A stretch of 64,000 nucleotides of DNA. Origin: an uncultured candidate division Zixibacteria bacterium. GTDB taxonomy: Bacteria; Zixibacteria; MSB-5A5; UBA10806; 4484-95. Numbering within the stretch: the stretch's first letter is position 1; each line of letters starts with the position of its first letter. Both the position numbers and the translations under genes were made by a program. Under the pieces are notes generated by a model that worked only from the letters and a program-made list of their open reading frames with translations, did no database searches and had not been told where the DNA came from. Below, piece by piece: positions 18,958 through 29,116 of the stretch. The stretch is taken from positions 448,001 to 512,000 of the forward strand of contig CAXXKA010000006.1 of NCBI GenBank assembly GCA_963668625.2. Direction: 5' to 3'.

Positions 18958-20124
18958 TCACACCCCAAGCGTCTCACGCAATTTCTCGAAAAACGATTTA
19001 TCTACTTTTAGCGGACGGTCTTTGCCTAGATGGGCTAGTCGGGCGAATAGCTCTTTCTCCTCCGAGGATAACTTGTTCGGCGTAATCACCAGTACGCGTA
19101 CCAGCTCATCACCGCGGCCGTAGCCATTGAGATGGGGAATACCCTGACCGCGCAGACGGAATATCTTGCCCGATTGAGTACCTGCCGGAATTTTCAACGA
19201 GATATCACCCTCAAGCGAGGGGACTTTTATTTCATCACCTAATGCCGCCTGGCTGAAACTGATCGCCTGTTCGCAGACTATATCATCTCCGTGACGGGTG
19301 AAATGCTCGTGCTCCTGCTCATCCACGATGACCAGGAGATCGCCGGCCGGACCACCTCTGGGGCCGGTATCACCCATATTGCGGACAGGGATATAGTTGC
19401 CGGCGGTAACACCGGGTGGGAATTTCACTTTAACCTGCGATTTGCCTTTCCTGCGGCCGTTTCCGGCGCACTCGATACAGGGCTTCTCGATTATCTGACC
19501 GGTTCCGCTACAATAAGGACAGGGGGAGACTCGGATCATCTGCCCCAGTAGCGAGCGGCTGACCGTACGCTGTTCACCGCTACCCTGGCATCGCGGACAG
19601 GTTTTCTTGGAGGTGCCTGGTTCGGCGCCTGTGCCATCGCAGTTTTCGCAGTTCACCTGACGGGTAACATTTAGCTTTTTCTCGACACCATTTGCTATCT
19701 CCTCGAGAGTCAGGGGGATACTGATGCGAAGGTCGCGGCCGCGCTGCGGTCCAGATCGGCCTCTCGAACGACTGGCGCCGCCGAATATATCATCGAAACC
19801 ATCAAAGCCGAAACCGCCGAAATCGCGCATAAACGCCCTTAAGGCATCGCTTAAATCGAATCCGTAAGAGCCACCCGAGAATCCATTGAAACCGCCGCCC
19901 TGTAGCCCTTGATGGCCATATTGATCGTATAGTTGACGTTTTTGGGAATCCTTTAAAACCTCGTAAGCTTCGGTAGCCTCTTTGAATTTCTCCTCGGCGG
20001 ATTTGTCACCCGGGTTTTTATCAGGGTGAAAAAGCAAGGCTTTCTTGCGATAGGCTTTTTTTATATCATCTTCGCCGGCTTCCCTCGGGACTTCCAGCAC
20101 TTCGTAGTAGTCTCTTTTTTCCAT
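18958..20124 (-). CDS. dnaJ: Chaperone DnaJ
   Basis: J-domain HPD, G/F-rich region, four CxxCxGxG zinc motifs. TTGACT-N17-TATATT promoter upstream. Confidence 0.97.
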   Translation of the reverse strand: MEKRDYYEVLEVPREAGEDDIKKAYRKKALLFHPDKNPGDKSAEEKFKEATEAYEVLKDSQKRQLYDQYGHQGLQGGGFNGFSGGSYGFDLSDALRAFMRDFGGFGFDGFDDIFGGASRSRGRSGPQRGRDLRISIPLTLEEIANGVEKKLNVTRQVNCENCDGTGAEPGTSKKTCPRCQGSGEQRTVSRSLLGQMIRVSPCPYCSGTGQIIEKPCIECAGNGRRKGKSQVKVKFPPGVTAGNYIPVRNMGDTGPRGGPAGDLLVIVDEQEHEHFTRHGDDIVCEQAISFSQAALGDEIKVPSLEGDISLKIPAGTQSGKIFRLRGQGIPHLNGYGRGDELVRVLVITPNKLSSEEKELFARLAHLGKDRPLKVDKSFFEKLRETLGV

Positions 20125-20231
20125 AACACTCAAATAATCGTCAGAATATAAGATAAATCAAGTACCCAGTCAACTCTCTTAATAGACGATTTATAACAAC
20201 GACCAGAATGATTGAATTGTTCGTGGTAATT

Positions 20232-20588
20232 TTACCTGAATCTTATCTGGGTGTCATCGATTTGCTCGAATACTACAAGTTGATCGTAAGCAGTTGAGGG
20301 TATGCGGTCAAGCATACGGTTTTTGGTCACCAGTACGACATGATATTTATTGTTAAACTGGCGACGAAAAGCCATAACCTTCTTTAAACCACCCTGGGGG
20401 GCAAATGAGGTGACAGGCTCTACGACGATAACCTTGTTGTGAAAGCGCTTACCGATAATTATGAAGCTGGGTTCGTACTTAAACGGTTTAGGACCGTCGC
20501 CATCGATAATAAAAGTCTCAGCCTCGGTAGTGAATTCGATTTTTTGCGCTTCAAGCCATTCTTTTGTTTTTTCTACTATTTTACTCAT
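20232..20588 (-). CDS. Hypothetical protein, possibly a degenerate PD-(D/E)XK fold
   Basis: 118-aa ORF with its own TTGAAA-N17-TATAAT promoter (20678-20706) and a KYEPSFII...IVVEPV pattern. Confidence 0.65.
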   Translation of the reverse strand: MSKIVEKTKEWLEAQKIEFTTEAETFIIDGDGPKPFKYEPSFIIIGKRFHNKVIVVEPVTSFAPQGGLKKVMAFRRQFNNKYHVVLVTKNRMLDRIPSTAYDQLVVFEQIDDTQIRFR

Positions 20589-20739
20589 CTTCCAAAATCA
20601 GTAAGACATCAGCAGTAACACTTCAACACATCACGAAATTTTATCAATGGATAATTCAAGATATCCTTAATCAATCAATTATAGTGTTTTAGTCCGAGGA
20701 TTTCAAGAGGAAAATGTTCTTTCTGGATATTTATTGTAC

Positions 20740-20876
20740 AAATAATAACAGGGCGAGCCGTAACTCGCCCCATTCGCAGGAACATAGGAATTTTTAATCT
20801 CAAGGAATTAGCCCATTGGGCTAATCCCTTTATCTAACCAAATACCACCCGAGAGATGGAAATAAGATATTCTGTG
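20740..20876 (-). ncRNA. Candidate small RNA of about 135 nt
   Basis: TTGACT-N16-TATTAT promoter (20883-20910), internal hairpin, GC-rich terminator hairpin with U-rich tail, no evident ORF. Confidence 0.35.
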
Positions 20877-21091
20877 AAAATAATAATAATCAGAATCTAA
20901 ATATAGTCAATACGCCAAAGATACGTACGTAATTCGTAAGTATGCTTACAGTATACAAGTTCTAACTATATTTTATATAATAGATTAGAAGAGATAAAAG
21001 AATAATGAACCTTGTTGGAATGATACTAATAATGTATTAAATAAATAATGCCTGGATGACTTATTGCCATCCAGGCTAACAAATTCTAATA

Positions 21092-22351
21092 CTATTTCAC
21101 CAGCATCATTTTTTTGGTATCACTGAAATTATCCGTTGTTATTTTATAGAGATATACTCCGGATGAAACGTTATCGGCGTTCCATACTACCTGGTACTGG
21201 CCTGCAGGTTGAATGGCATCCCGGAGAGTGCTGACTTTACAGCCGAGTATATCGAATATCTCGATTGTTACATTTGAGGCCTCAGGCAATTCGTACTTGA
21301 TCAGGGTGGAGGCATTGAAAGGATTGGGGTAATTCTCTAAAAGTGCATAAGAGGTCGGGATATTCGAGTTTGGCTCGTTTACATCAGTTTGATATAAAGC
21401 CGGTATTAACTCGATAAATCGGTAAGAACCCTCGGCTTTTACCTCAATGATATTCCCGGTTTCAGGATCCAATTCGGCGACATAGTCACCGTTAGTGGCC
21501 AGTATGTTGCCATTTCCAAGCCTGTATACGCCACGGCCACTATCCCAGGTAAACTGGAAAATAGTTTCATCGAGATTAAATCCTGTAATGACATTCTCAG
21601 AAAACCCGGCATTTAAAAATTGTCCCTCATTGGCTAAGTCAAACTGGACTTGTTCCGGAAAATTAACACTGAAAATTTCATGATCCAACTCGCCATTAGT
21701 ATTGTACATTCTCACATTATCCGATGTACCCTGGATATCGCAAAGTAGTGATCTGCCGTCCTCTAAAAACATGATATCGAAGGGATCGCTACCATCGTTG
21801 ATAAAATCCTCAAGACGGTTATGGGGGCCATCGAACTCGGCCACGTATTCATCACCGCTGGTTACGAATAGATGCCCGTCCCGGAAATCGATTCCCCTGA
21901 TATTATTCAACCCATCATCGCTATTGGCATACGTATCGAGATAGTTTCCTTCGCGATCGAAAATAAAAACCGCGTCGGAGACCTGATCCGATATATAGAT
22001 ATTATCATCAGGGCCGGCCATTGCGCAAACAGGTGTCGAGAACTGCTCGAATGAGGGAATAAAACAACCCAGGTAATCTCCCGAGTAAGGATCGAACATA
22101 TCGATACAGTCATCCGTTGATTCCGGGATCAATAATACGTCTGCGCTATCCGGCAGCGATTCGGCAATCACAGGAATATCTCCCGGAGCGACATTGTTGT
22201 GGATTACGGCTCCCAGTTCGTAACCTAGCTCTTCGTAGCCCTCGGGGTACGAGAGTATACTAGATTGAGCTGCTCCCGAGGCGCCCGCGGTAAATGCAGC
22301 GAGTATAATCGCTATAAATACCAGCGTTAACAATTTGTAGATTTTGTTCAT
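21092..22351 (-). CDS. Secreted beta-propeller-like (NHL-type) protein with T9SS-type C-terminal sorting domain
   Basis: Signal peptide, GPDDNIYISD repeats, NYPNPFN...SGVYLYK...KKMMLVK. Terminator hairpin at about 21050-21076. Confidence 0.75.
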   Translation of the reverse strand: MNKIYKLLTLVFIAIILAAFTAGASGAAQSSILSYPEGYEELGYELGAVIHNNVAPGDIPVIAESLPDSADVLLIPESTDDCIDMFDPYSGDYLGCFIPSFEQFSTPVCAMAGPDDNIYISDQVSDAVFIFDREGNYLDTYANSDDGLNNIRGIDFRDGHLFVTSGDEYVAEFDGPHNRLEDFINDGSDPFDIMFLEDGRSLLCDIQGTSDNVRMYNTNGELDHEIFSVNFPEQVQFDLANEGQFLNAGFSENVITGFNLDETIFQFTWDSGRGVYRLGNGNILATNGDYVAELDPETGNIIEVKAEGSYRFIELIPALYQTDVNEPNSNIPTSYALLENYPNPFNASTLIKYELPEASNVTIEIFDILGCKVSTLRDAIQPAGQYQVVWNADNVSSGVYLYKITTDNFSDTKKMMLVK

Positions 22352-22497
22352 ACTTACTCCTTTCAGTTAATTGGGATATATGAAATTAAGATAACCGCAT
22401 ATCGAGCCAAACATTTATTGAAATTTCAATTAGAATTCTTATTAAAAGATACTTTATGTTTTAAGATTGTCAAGTATAATTATCAGGAAATAATTCG

Positions 22498-23820
22498 TTA
22501 TTTGACCAGAATCATCCTTCGTGTTCCTTCGAAATCATCAGCTTGCAGTTTATAAAAGTACACACCCGATGATAAATTTTCCGCATTCCAAATGACATTG
22601 TGAACACCGGCCGGCTTTTCTTTTTCCTGAATTGTTGCTATCTTCCGTCCAACTATATCGAATATATCGATTTTGATATCGGAGTGAGAAGGCAGCTCAT
22701 AGCTGATCAGGGTAGAGGAGTTGAATGGATTGGGGTAATTTTGGAATAAGGATATCTTTGAGGGGATTCTGGTGTCATCTCGTATACTTACCGAATCCTG
22801 TTGAATAGTGATGAAGTCGATATACCAGCCGGCGTCAACACCATTACGATCAACCTGTAAAAGAAAACCTAATTTGACCATCCGATCGCTGTAATCGTTA
22901 AGCGGATAGGTGAAGAGCGACCATACCGGGCTATCATCATTGAACGGGCCGCCAATCGTAATCCAGTTCGAATCGGGATGATCGATTTTAACCTGGACAT
23001 AACCATAATCAGGATCGTTATCGGTAAATTTAAACCAGTGATAGAAGGTAAGCCGGGGATTGACTCCGGCAGGTGGAACCGGAAAGGCGGGGCTGGTCAA
23101 CCTCGAGTTAGCATAGTTGGGATATCTTGCGTCCAGTATAGTCCCGGCGCAGTTTTCTCCCTCGTAAGCGGCTCCGGGTCCCGGAGAGCCGGGGATTCCA
23201 ACCTCCCAAATTCCAGCGGAGGCGTACCAATCACCGATACCTGCCTCGAAATTTTCGGTATTGTCGGGAAATGGAGTATCCCATTCGCCTTTTTCTAGTG
23301 TTAAATAATCCATATACCAGCCGGCGTCACCGTTACTGACATCCGATTCGAAATAGAATCCGGGCCTGACTGAAAGTCCCGCATACGGAGTTAAATCGAT
23401 TTCCAACGGGGTCCATATGGGGCTATCGTTTATTATTGCTGAAGAGATATTTATCCATTCATCATTAACCAGTAGCTGAACGTAAACGAAATCGTCATCG
23501 TTATCACGAAACTTGTACCAGTGGAAGAATTTTAACCGGGGATGTTCCTCGGCATTTGGAATCAATATCACCGGTCCCACCAGTCTCGTGTTGGCGTTAT
23601 TAGGATAGGTGGAACTAAGTACGGTACCGGCACAGTTTAGCTCCGAGTAAGCCTCGGTTGGTCCCGGAGAGTTGGGATCTCCGATTTCCCAGATTCCATT
23701 AGTCGCATACCAATCATTCCAGCCGTCCTCCCAATCCTCCAACCAGACTATCTCGGCCCGGCCTGATACGACAAGTAACGAACACACTAATATCCCGATA
23801 AGAATAGCGATCCTTAACAT
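22498..23820 (-). CDS. Secreted protein with two tandem MAM/cleaved-adhesin-like jelly-roll repeats and C-terminal sorting domain
   Basis: Duplicated WYAxxGIWExGxP..PGP..AY...NCAGT...GWY(M/I)D units, NYPNPFN CTD. Confidence 0.75.
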   Translation of the reverse strand: MLRIAILIGILVCSLLVVSGRAEIVWLEDWEDGWNDWYATNGIWEIGDPNSPGPTEAYSELNCAGTVLSSTYPNNANTRLVGPVILIPNAEEHPRLKFFHWYKFRDNDDDFVYVQLLVNDEWINISSAIINDSPIWTPLEIDLTPYAGLSVRPGFYFESDVSNGDAGWYMDYLTLEKGEWDTPFPDNTENFEAGIGDWYASAGIWEVGIPGSPGPGAAYEGENCAGTILDARYPNYANSRLTSPAFPVPPAGVNPRLTFYHWFKFTDNDPDYGYVQVKIDHPDSNWITIGGPFNDDSPVWSLFTYPLNDYSDRMVKLGFLLQVDRNGVDAGWYIDFITIQQDSVSIRDDTRIPSKISLFQNYPNPFNSSTLISYELPSHSDIKIDIFDIVGRKIATIQEKEKPAGVHNVIWNAENLSSGVYFYKLQADDFEGTRRMILVK

Positions 23821-24061
23821 TTTCGCCTCCTATGTTAATGGTTCAAATACTCAAAAAATGGACGACATAAATTGCTTTTACCTTTTATTAAATACCGCAT
23901 GATGCTTTTTATTAGTGATTACGCATGAAGTCGGATAGGTGAAAGGAAATTGGTTTAGAATACTTTGTCAATAAAATTCGATAAAGAGGGATAACATATA
24001 TTGATACTTGTTAGAGTAATTGTCAGATTCATGATAAAGTAATTATTGAAATGAAGCAGCC

Positions 24062-24206
24062 CACTACTGTCCGGCCTTTCCATCTCGTTTTCAAGCGCTG
24101 CTTCGCAACGTGGCTTGTTTGCCGGCAGAATACGCATTCTACATGACTCAAGTAAGTTTCCAGGCAGCGCTTGGAAAACAGGCAACTAAGCCTGACATCG
24201 GCAGGA
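24062..24206 (-). mobile_element. Degenerate one-ended copy of the MITE
   Basis: CACTACTGTCCGG end, both hairpins and CCTGACATCGGCAGGA align in reverse to 15202-15346. Confidence 0.8.
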
Positions 24207-24222
24207 CTTGTTATGATGGCTA

Positions 24223-25500
24223 TTATTTAATAAGTAATAATCTCTTAGTATCGTTATAATCGTTAGCCTGCAGCTTGTAGAAATACACTCCCGAGGCCAA
24301 CTCATCCGCATTCCAAACCACCTGATGGCTCCCCGCCGGTTGTGTGCCATCCTCCAGCGTGGCGATATGTCGTCCGAGTATATCGTAGATATCGAGCTTG
24401 ACCTCCGATGATACCGACAGCTCGTAGCTAATCTGGGTGGAGGCGTTGAACGGATTGGGGTAGTTCTGGTGAAGTCCTATGACATTAGGTTCAGAAATTA
24501 AATCATCCCCGATACCGTTTTGGTTTATCCTCAATACGTCGAATGAATCGTAAGTAGTAACATATAAGTATTCGCCGTTTTTCTCTAAATCCCCTATATC
24601 ATTCGATAAGCTTATGGAAGATACAACATTTTGTACGGTGGGATTGCTAATATCCAAGCAGTATATTGTTTCATCCAAAGCAAGATACAGGTAATTATCG
24701 TCAATCTCCAGGTAGATGTAAAAATTAAAATTACTATCTTCGATTGTGTATTCAGTCACATAAGACAGATGGGCAGGAAGGGAAACATCAAGAACTAATA
24801 CGCTCGTGCAGTTGGCGAGAAAAGCAATGTCATTAGTGATATCGAATTCGTAAGCAAAGGTATTGTATTCATCAAAAGATCCCACCATAACGTAATAATT
24901 TGGATTGGATATATCGTACACTTTTAGGGTATGTGAAACGCAATTGATGAAAAGATAATCACCATAAACGCGCATATACTGCTTTCGACCTGGAACATTT
25001 AAATCCTGATGGAGAATCGGGGCGGAGGGATCAGAGATATCGAAAATATGCATAGTGGCAATCCCTCCTCCAACAAAAATGTAGTTGCCATAGAATTCCA
25101 TAGAATCCCATAGCCTTATACCGAGTTCGGTTTGGCTTTGCTCCACGGGTTGAATAGGATTAGAGATGTCAATAATACTTAGCAAGCTATGAATAGTCCC
25201 GACTCCAGTGGATATATTTATACAGTACAGATTATCTCCGTATATTTTGATTTTTCTTGCTGAGTACCCCGTAGGATTGGGAATAGTATCAATGATTTCT
25301 GGATTATCAGGATAGGTTACATCAATGACAGAAATCCCGAATCCCGGTTCAATCATATAGACATAGTTATCTTTAGTAGTCAGTAATCTTGGGGCTTGAG
25401 GGAGTTCAATAGAGCTAACCAGTTCAAGGTATTGAGCCGATGTTGGAGACACAAACAGGCTAATAAATACTAATGTGATGATTGTTAATAATTTATTCAT
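24223..25500 (-). CDS. LVIVD-repeat secreted protein with C-terminal sorting domain
   Basis: Repeated (I/V)xD(I/V)S(N/D)P motifs, signal peptide, NYPNPFN CTD nearly identical in DNA to the next three genes. Confidence 0.8.
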   Translation of the reverse strand: MNKLLTIITLVFISLFVSPTSAQYLELVSSIELPQAPRLLTTKDNYVYMIEPGFGISVIDVTYPDNPEIIDTIPNPTGYSARKIKIYGDNLYCINISTGVGTIHSLLSIIDISNPIQPVEQSQTELGIRLWDSMEFYGNYIFVGGGIATMHIFDISDPSAPILHQDLNVPGRKQYMRVYGDYLFINCVSHTLKVYDISNPNYYVMVGSFDEYNTFAYEFDITNDIAFLANCTSVLVLDVSLPAHLSYVTEYTIEDSNFNFYIYLEIDDNYLYLALDETIYCLDISNPTVQNVVSSISLSNDIGDLEKNGEYLYVTTYDSFDVLRINQNGIGDDLISEPNVIGLHQNYPNPFNASTQISYELSVSSEVKLDIYDILGRHIATLEDGTQPAGSHQVVWNADELASGVYFYKLQANDYNDTKRLLLIK

Positions 25501-25636
25501 TGATTCTCCCGGGTCATAATTAAAACTATCAAATATCTCGTTAGTTAGTTTATGATCTTATATTAAGATCACCTTAAATAATAATATAACATGCCGAATT
25601 GTCAATATAATTATCCATCTTTATTGCGCCATAATA

Positions 25637-27238
25637 TTATTTCACCAACACCATTCTTTTTCGCTCAATATAATCCTTAGCCTGCAGCTTGTAGAAATAC
25701 ACTCCCGAGGCCAACTCATCCGCGTTCCATACCACCTGATGGCTCCCCGCCGGTTGTGTGCCATCCTCCAGCGTAGCGATATGCCGCCCGAGTATATCGT
25801 AGATATCGAGCTTGATCTCGGATGATACCGGCAGCTCGTAGCTAATCAGGGTGGAGGCGTTGAACGGATTGGGGTAGTTTTGATGAAGTTGCACTCTTTC
25901 AGGCAATGCTATCGGATCATCGATATCGCTAATCCATTGATTGAAATACAGCGCTCCCATATCAGCGTGGGTGGAATCGGGATCAAGGGGAGACCAGGGC
26001 GCGCCGGTATCTATGCAAGGGGATTTGGTTTCATCCTCGATTGGGTAGTTAGCCCAGGTGATATGAAAGTCACCGTTATCGGGATCGGCAAACAGCGGGT
26101 TGGCGTCGATGTTGCCCTCGCCCGGCCAGCCGCCTTCAATGCAGGAATAGTAAACATGGGAACTATCGCCGAATAAGTATAGGTTATCTTCACCATACAT
26201 TGATGTATTTTCCAAAAAGATGCAGTTAGCTATAGAGTCAGTTTCTGTTAATAAAACTACGATAGCGCCGCCATTATAATATGCCTGGTTTTTCCAAAAT
26301 GTATTATTAATTAAATCTAACTCACCATCACTTACTGCTAAACCTCCGCCATTTCCCTCATAGGAATAGTTATTGTAAAATATATTGTTTTTAACTAAAG
26401 AATGCGAACGATAGCAAAGTAAACCACCGCCAGCATATCTTGAGCCGTTTGCATCAAATGTATTATTAAGTATATCACCATTACTACACTCAAGTATAAC
26501 TCCTCCTCCGGAAAAATCAGATAGGTTATTACTGATGATATTATCACAGATTAAGACATCAGAAAAACTACATAAAATTGCACCACCCCAGACGCCACCT
26601 AGATAATAAAACACGTCGTTATCATTTATTGAATTAGAGACTATCTCTGCAGTAGAAGTATCACAACAGATACCGCTACCACCAAATCCGGCATAATTGT
26701 TAATTAGTATACATTCTTGAATTGTAATTGTAGCGTTACTCGCATAAATGCCTCCGCCGTAATTCTCAAAAGCTATATTATTACGAATATTGGAATATGT
26801 AATTTTAAAATTCATATCATCTATAAAGATTCCAGCACCGTTCTTTGTGTAATATAGCGAGCAAAATGATTCAAATGGAATAAAACCCCACTCGATTATA
26901 CAATATGCTAATTCACAACTATCACTGGCCGAAAGAAATCGAAGGCCGTGCCATCCCACCAAGGTATCGGCAGTAGTGAATGTGATCGAATCCGTGGCAT
27001 TTCCTATTGCTCTCAGGGTAGCTGATGTATCTACTATAAATGTGTAGTACCCCTGAAAATCAAAATAGCATCCGGCCTGTATTTCAAGCGATTCACCCTG
27101 TGGCACGCGGAGATCACCGACCACCTCATAGGGGCTGTTGGCTGAGGATAATATACCTGAAATATCTCCTGATATCGGAGTAGCAATACTTGTTACACTA
27201 AACGATAATATAGCGATAGCTGTCATAATATATTTCAT
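25637..27238 (-). CDS. Right-handed parallel beta-helix secreted protein with sorting domain, paralog 1
   Basis: GGG(I/L)...N..F..N repeats, DPLFAD...SPCIDTG...DMGA, NYPNPFN. Start at MKYIMT. Confidence 0.85.
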   Translation of the reverse strand: MKYIMTAIAILSFSVTSIATPISGDISGILSSANSPYEVVGDLRVPQGESLEIQAGCYFDFQGYYTFIVDTSATLRAIGNATDSITFTTADTLVGWHGLRFLSASDSCELAYCIIEWGFIPFESFCSLYYTKNGAGIFIDDMNFKITYSNIRNNIAFENYGGGIYASNATITIQECILINNYAGFGGSGICCDTSTAEIVSNSINDNDVFYYLGGVWGGAILCSFSDVLICDNIISNNLSDFSGGGVILECSNGDILNNTFDANGSRYAGGGLLCYRSHSLVKNNIFYNNYSYEGNGGGLAVSDGELDLINNTFWKNQAYYNGGAIVVLLTETDSIANCIFLENTSMYGEDNLYLFGDSSHVYYSCIEGGWPGEGNIDANPLFADPDNGDFHITWANYPIEDETKSPCIDTGAPWSPLDPDSTHADMGALYFNQWISDIDDPIALPERVQLHQNYPNPFNASTLISYELPVSSEIKLDIYDILGRHIATLEDGTQPAGSHQVVWNADELASGVYFYKLQAKDYIERKRMVLVK

Positions 27239-27373
27239 CCAATTTCCCTTTCCGCTATTAAGATAATAAACAATCTCCATTTGTCAAATATTAACTCTAT
27301 AAATCTATATAAGCACTAGAATTAACATATTGTAGCTATAATGATTACAAATTTTATAAAAGCTTGTATGGTT

Positions 27374-28981
27374 TTATTTAATCAGCATGAGTTTTCTGGT
27401 TGCATTGTATTCCTTGGCCTGTAGCTTGTAGAAATACACTCCCGAGGCCAACTCATCCGCATTCCAAACCACCTGATGGCTCCCCGCCGGTTGTGTGCCA
27501 TCCTCCAGCGTGGCGATATGTCGCCCGAGTATATCGTAGATATCGAGCTTGACCTGTGAGGCTATCGGCAGCTCGTAGGAAATCAGGGTGGAGGCGTTGA
27601 ATGGGTTGGGGTAGTTTTGATGAAGCCGTACTCTTTCGGGTAACGCGATCGGGTCATCGATATCGCTAATCCATTGATTGAAATACAGCGCTCCCATATC
27701 GGCGTGGGTGGAATCGGGATCGAGGGGAGAGAAGGGCGCGCCGGTATCTATGCAGGGGGATTTGGTTTCATCCTCGGATGGATAGTTATCCCAGGTGATA
27801 TGAAAGTCACCGTTATCGGGATCGGCAAACAGCGGATCGGTATCGATGTTGCCCTCGCCCGGCCAGCCATTTTGGATACAGGAATATTCTAATTGTAAAG
27901 AGTTATCCGGATTATATAATTGTGAAAGAGGATCTAAGCTATCGCCATTAACTTCATTATTCCAAAAAATATTATTTGTAAATGTGTCAAGAGAACTATT
28001 ATTGATTTGAAGACCGCCTCCAGAATTCATTGACCGATTTCTACAGATGGTATTAAAACTTATACTTCCTTGGGAATCGTAGAAAACAATTCCGCCACCA
28101 AATGCCCAACCTGCTGAATTTTGTACAACTATATTGTTAGATAATACTATCAAGGAACACAAACTTACTACTATTCCTCCTGCCCTATCTAGAGCCTCAT
28201 TATCAATGAAGGTGTTATTAGATATTTCCCCTGATGAATGTCCAATATATGCACCACCGCCTGCTTGCCCACAGTAATTATTATTTATTGTACAATTTCT
28301 TATTTCAATATTAGAATACCAAATATTTAGTCCACCTCCCCAATCACCTCCTAGAGAATACCATGAAGTATCAGCCGCTATTGAGCACGAGATCAGACTT
28401 AATTCAGAATTAGTACAAAACAAACCACCCCCTTCAAAACTTGAATTGTTGTAACTTATTTCTGATTCTATTATTTTGATATTCGAGTATTCTGAATATA
28501 TTCCACCGCCAAGTCCCTCATAAGCTTTGTTATGGCTTATCTTAGAATTAATAATTTCAAGAATCGAGTTACTTGTGAAAATCCCTCCGCCATGGGTTAA
28601 TAACCCCTGATTGAGGGCTCTTGCATATCCCTTTTCAATTACGCAATATTTCAATATACATGTGTCGGCGCAGTTTAAGAACCTAATTGCGCCCCAGCCC
28701 GGGTTAACATTCGTAGCTGTAAAAACGATGGAATCATCAGGAGCGCCAAGTGCTTTAAATACAGCGGAAGTATCTATAGTGAAAGTGTAATTGCCCTGGA
28801 AATCGAATATACACCCGGCCTGTATTTCCAGCGATTCACCCTGTGGCACGCGGAGATCACCTACTACCTCGTAAGGGCTATTTTCAGAGGATATAATCCC
28901 CGATATATCTCCTGATATCGGAGTCGCAATGCTTATTACACTGAGCGATAATATAGCGATAGCTGTCATAATATATTTCAT
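27374..28981 (-). CDS. Parallel beta-helix secreted protein, paralog 2
   Basis: Same architecture as paralog 1; part of a tandem unit of about 1.74 kb. Confidence 0.85.
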   Translation of the reverse strand: MKYIMTAIAILSLSVISIATPISGDISGIISSENSPYEVVGDLRVPQGESLEIQAGCIFDFQGNYTFTIDTSAVFKALGAPDDSIVFTATNVNPGWGAIRFLNCADTCILKYCVIEKGYARALNQGLLTHGGGIFTSNSILEIINSKISHNKAYEGLGGGIYSEYSNIKIIESEISYNNSSFEGGGLFCTNSELSLISCSIAADTSWYSLGGDWGGGLNIWYSNIEIRNCTINNNYCGQAGGGAYIGHSSGEISNNTFIDNEALDRAGGIVVSLCSLIVLSNNIVVQNSAGWAFGGGIVFYDSQGSISFNTICRNRSMNSGGGLQINNSSLDTFTNNIFWNNEVNGDSLDPLSQLYNPDNSLQLEYSCIQNGWPGEGNIDTDPLFADPDNGDFHITWDNYPSEDETKSPCIDTGAPFSPLDPDSTHADMGALYFNQWISDIDDPIALPERVRLHQNYPNPFNASTLISYELPIASQVKLDIYDILGRHIATLEDGTQPAGSHQVVWNADELASGVYFYKLQAKEYNATRKLMLIK

Positions 28982-29116
28982 CCAATTCTCCTTTTCGCTA
29001 TTAAGATAATAAATAAACTCCATTTGTCAAATATTAACTCTATAAATCTATATAAGCACTAGAATTAACATATTGTAGCTATAATGATTACAAATTTCAT
29101 ACAAGCTTGTATGGTT

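Noticed and set aside
23955-24185. Small ORFs at 8508-8690, 23955-24185, 42371-42630 and 49246-49557
   Set aside because: They are translations of MITE/REP repeat DNA.
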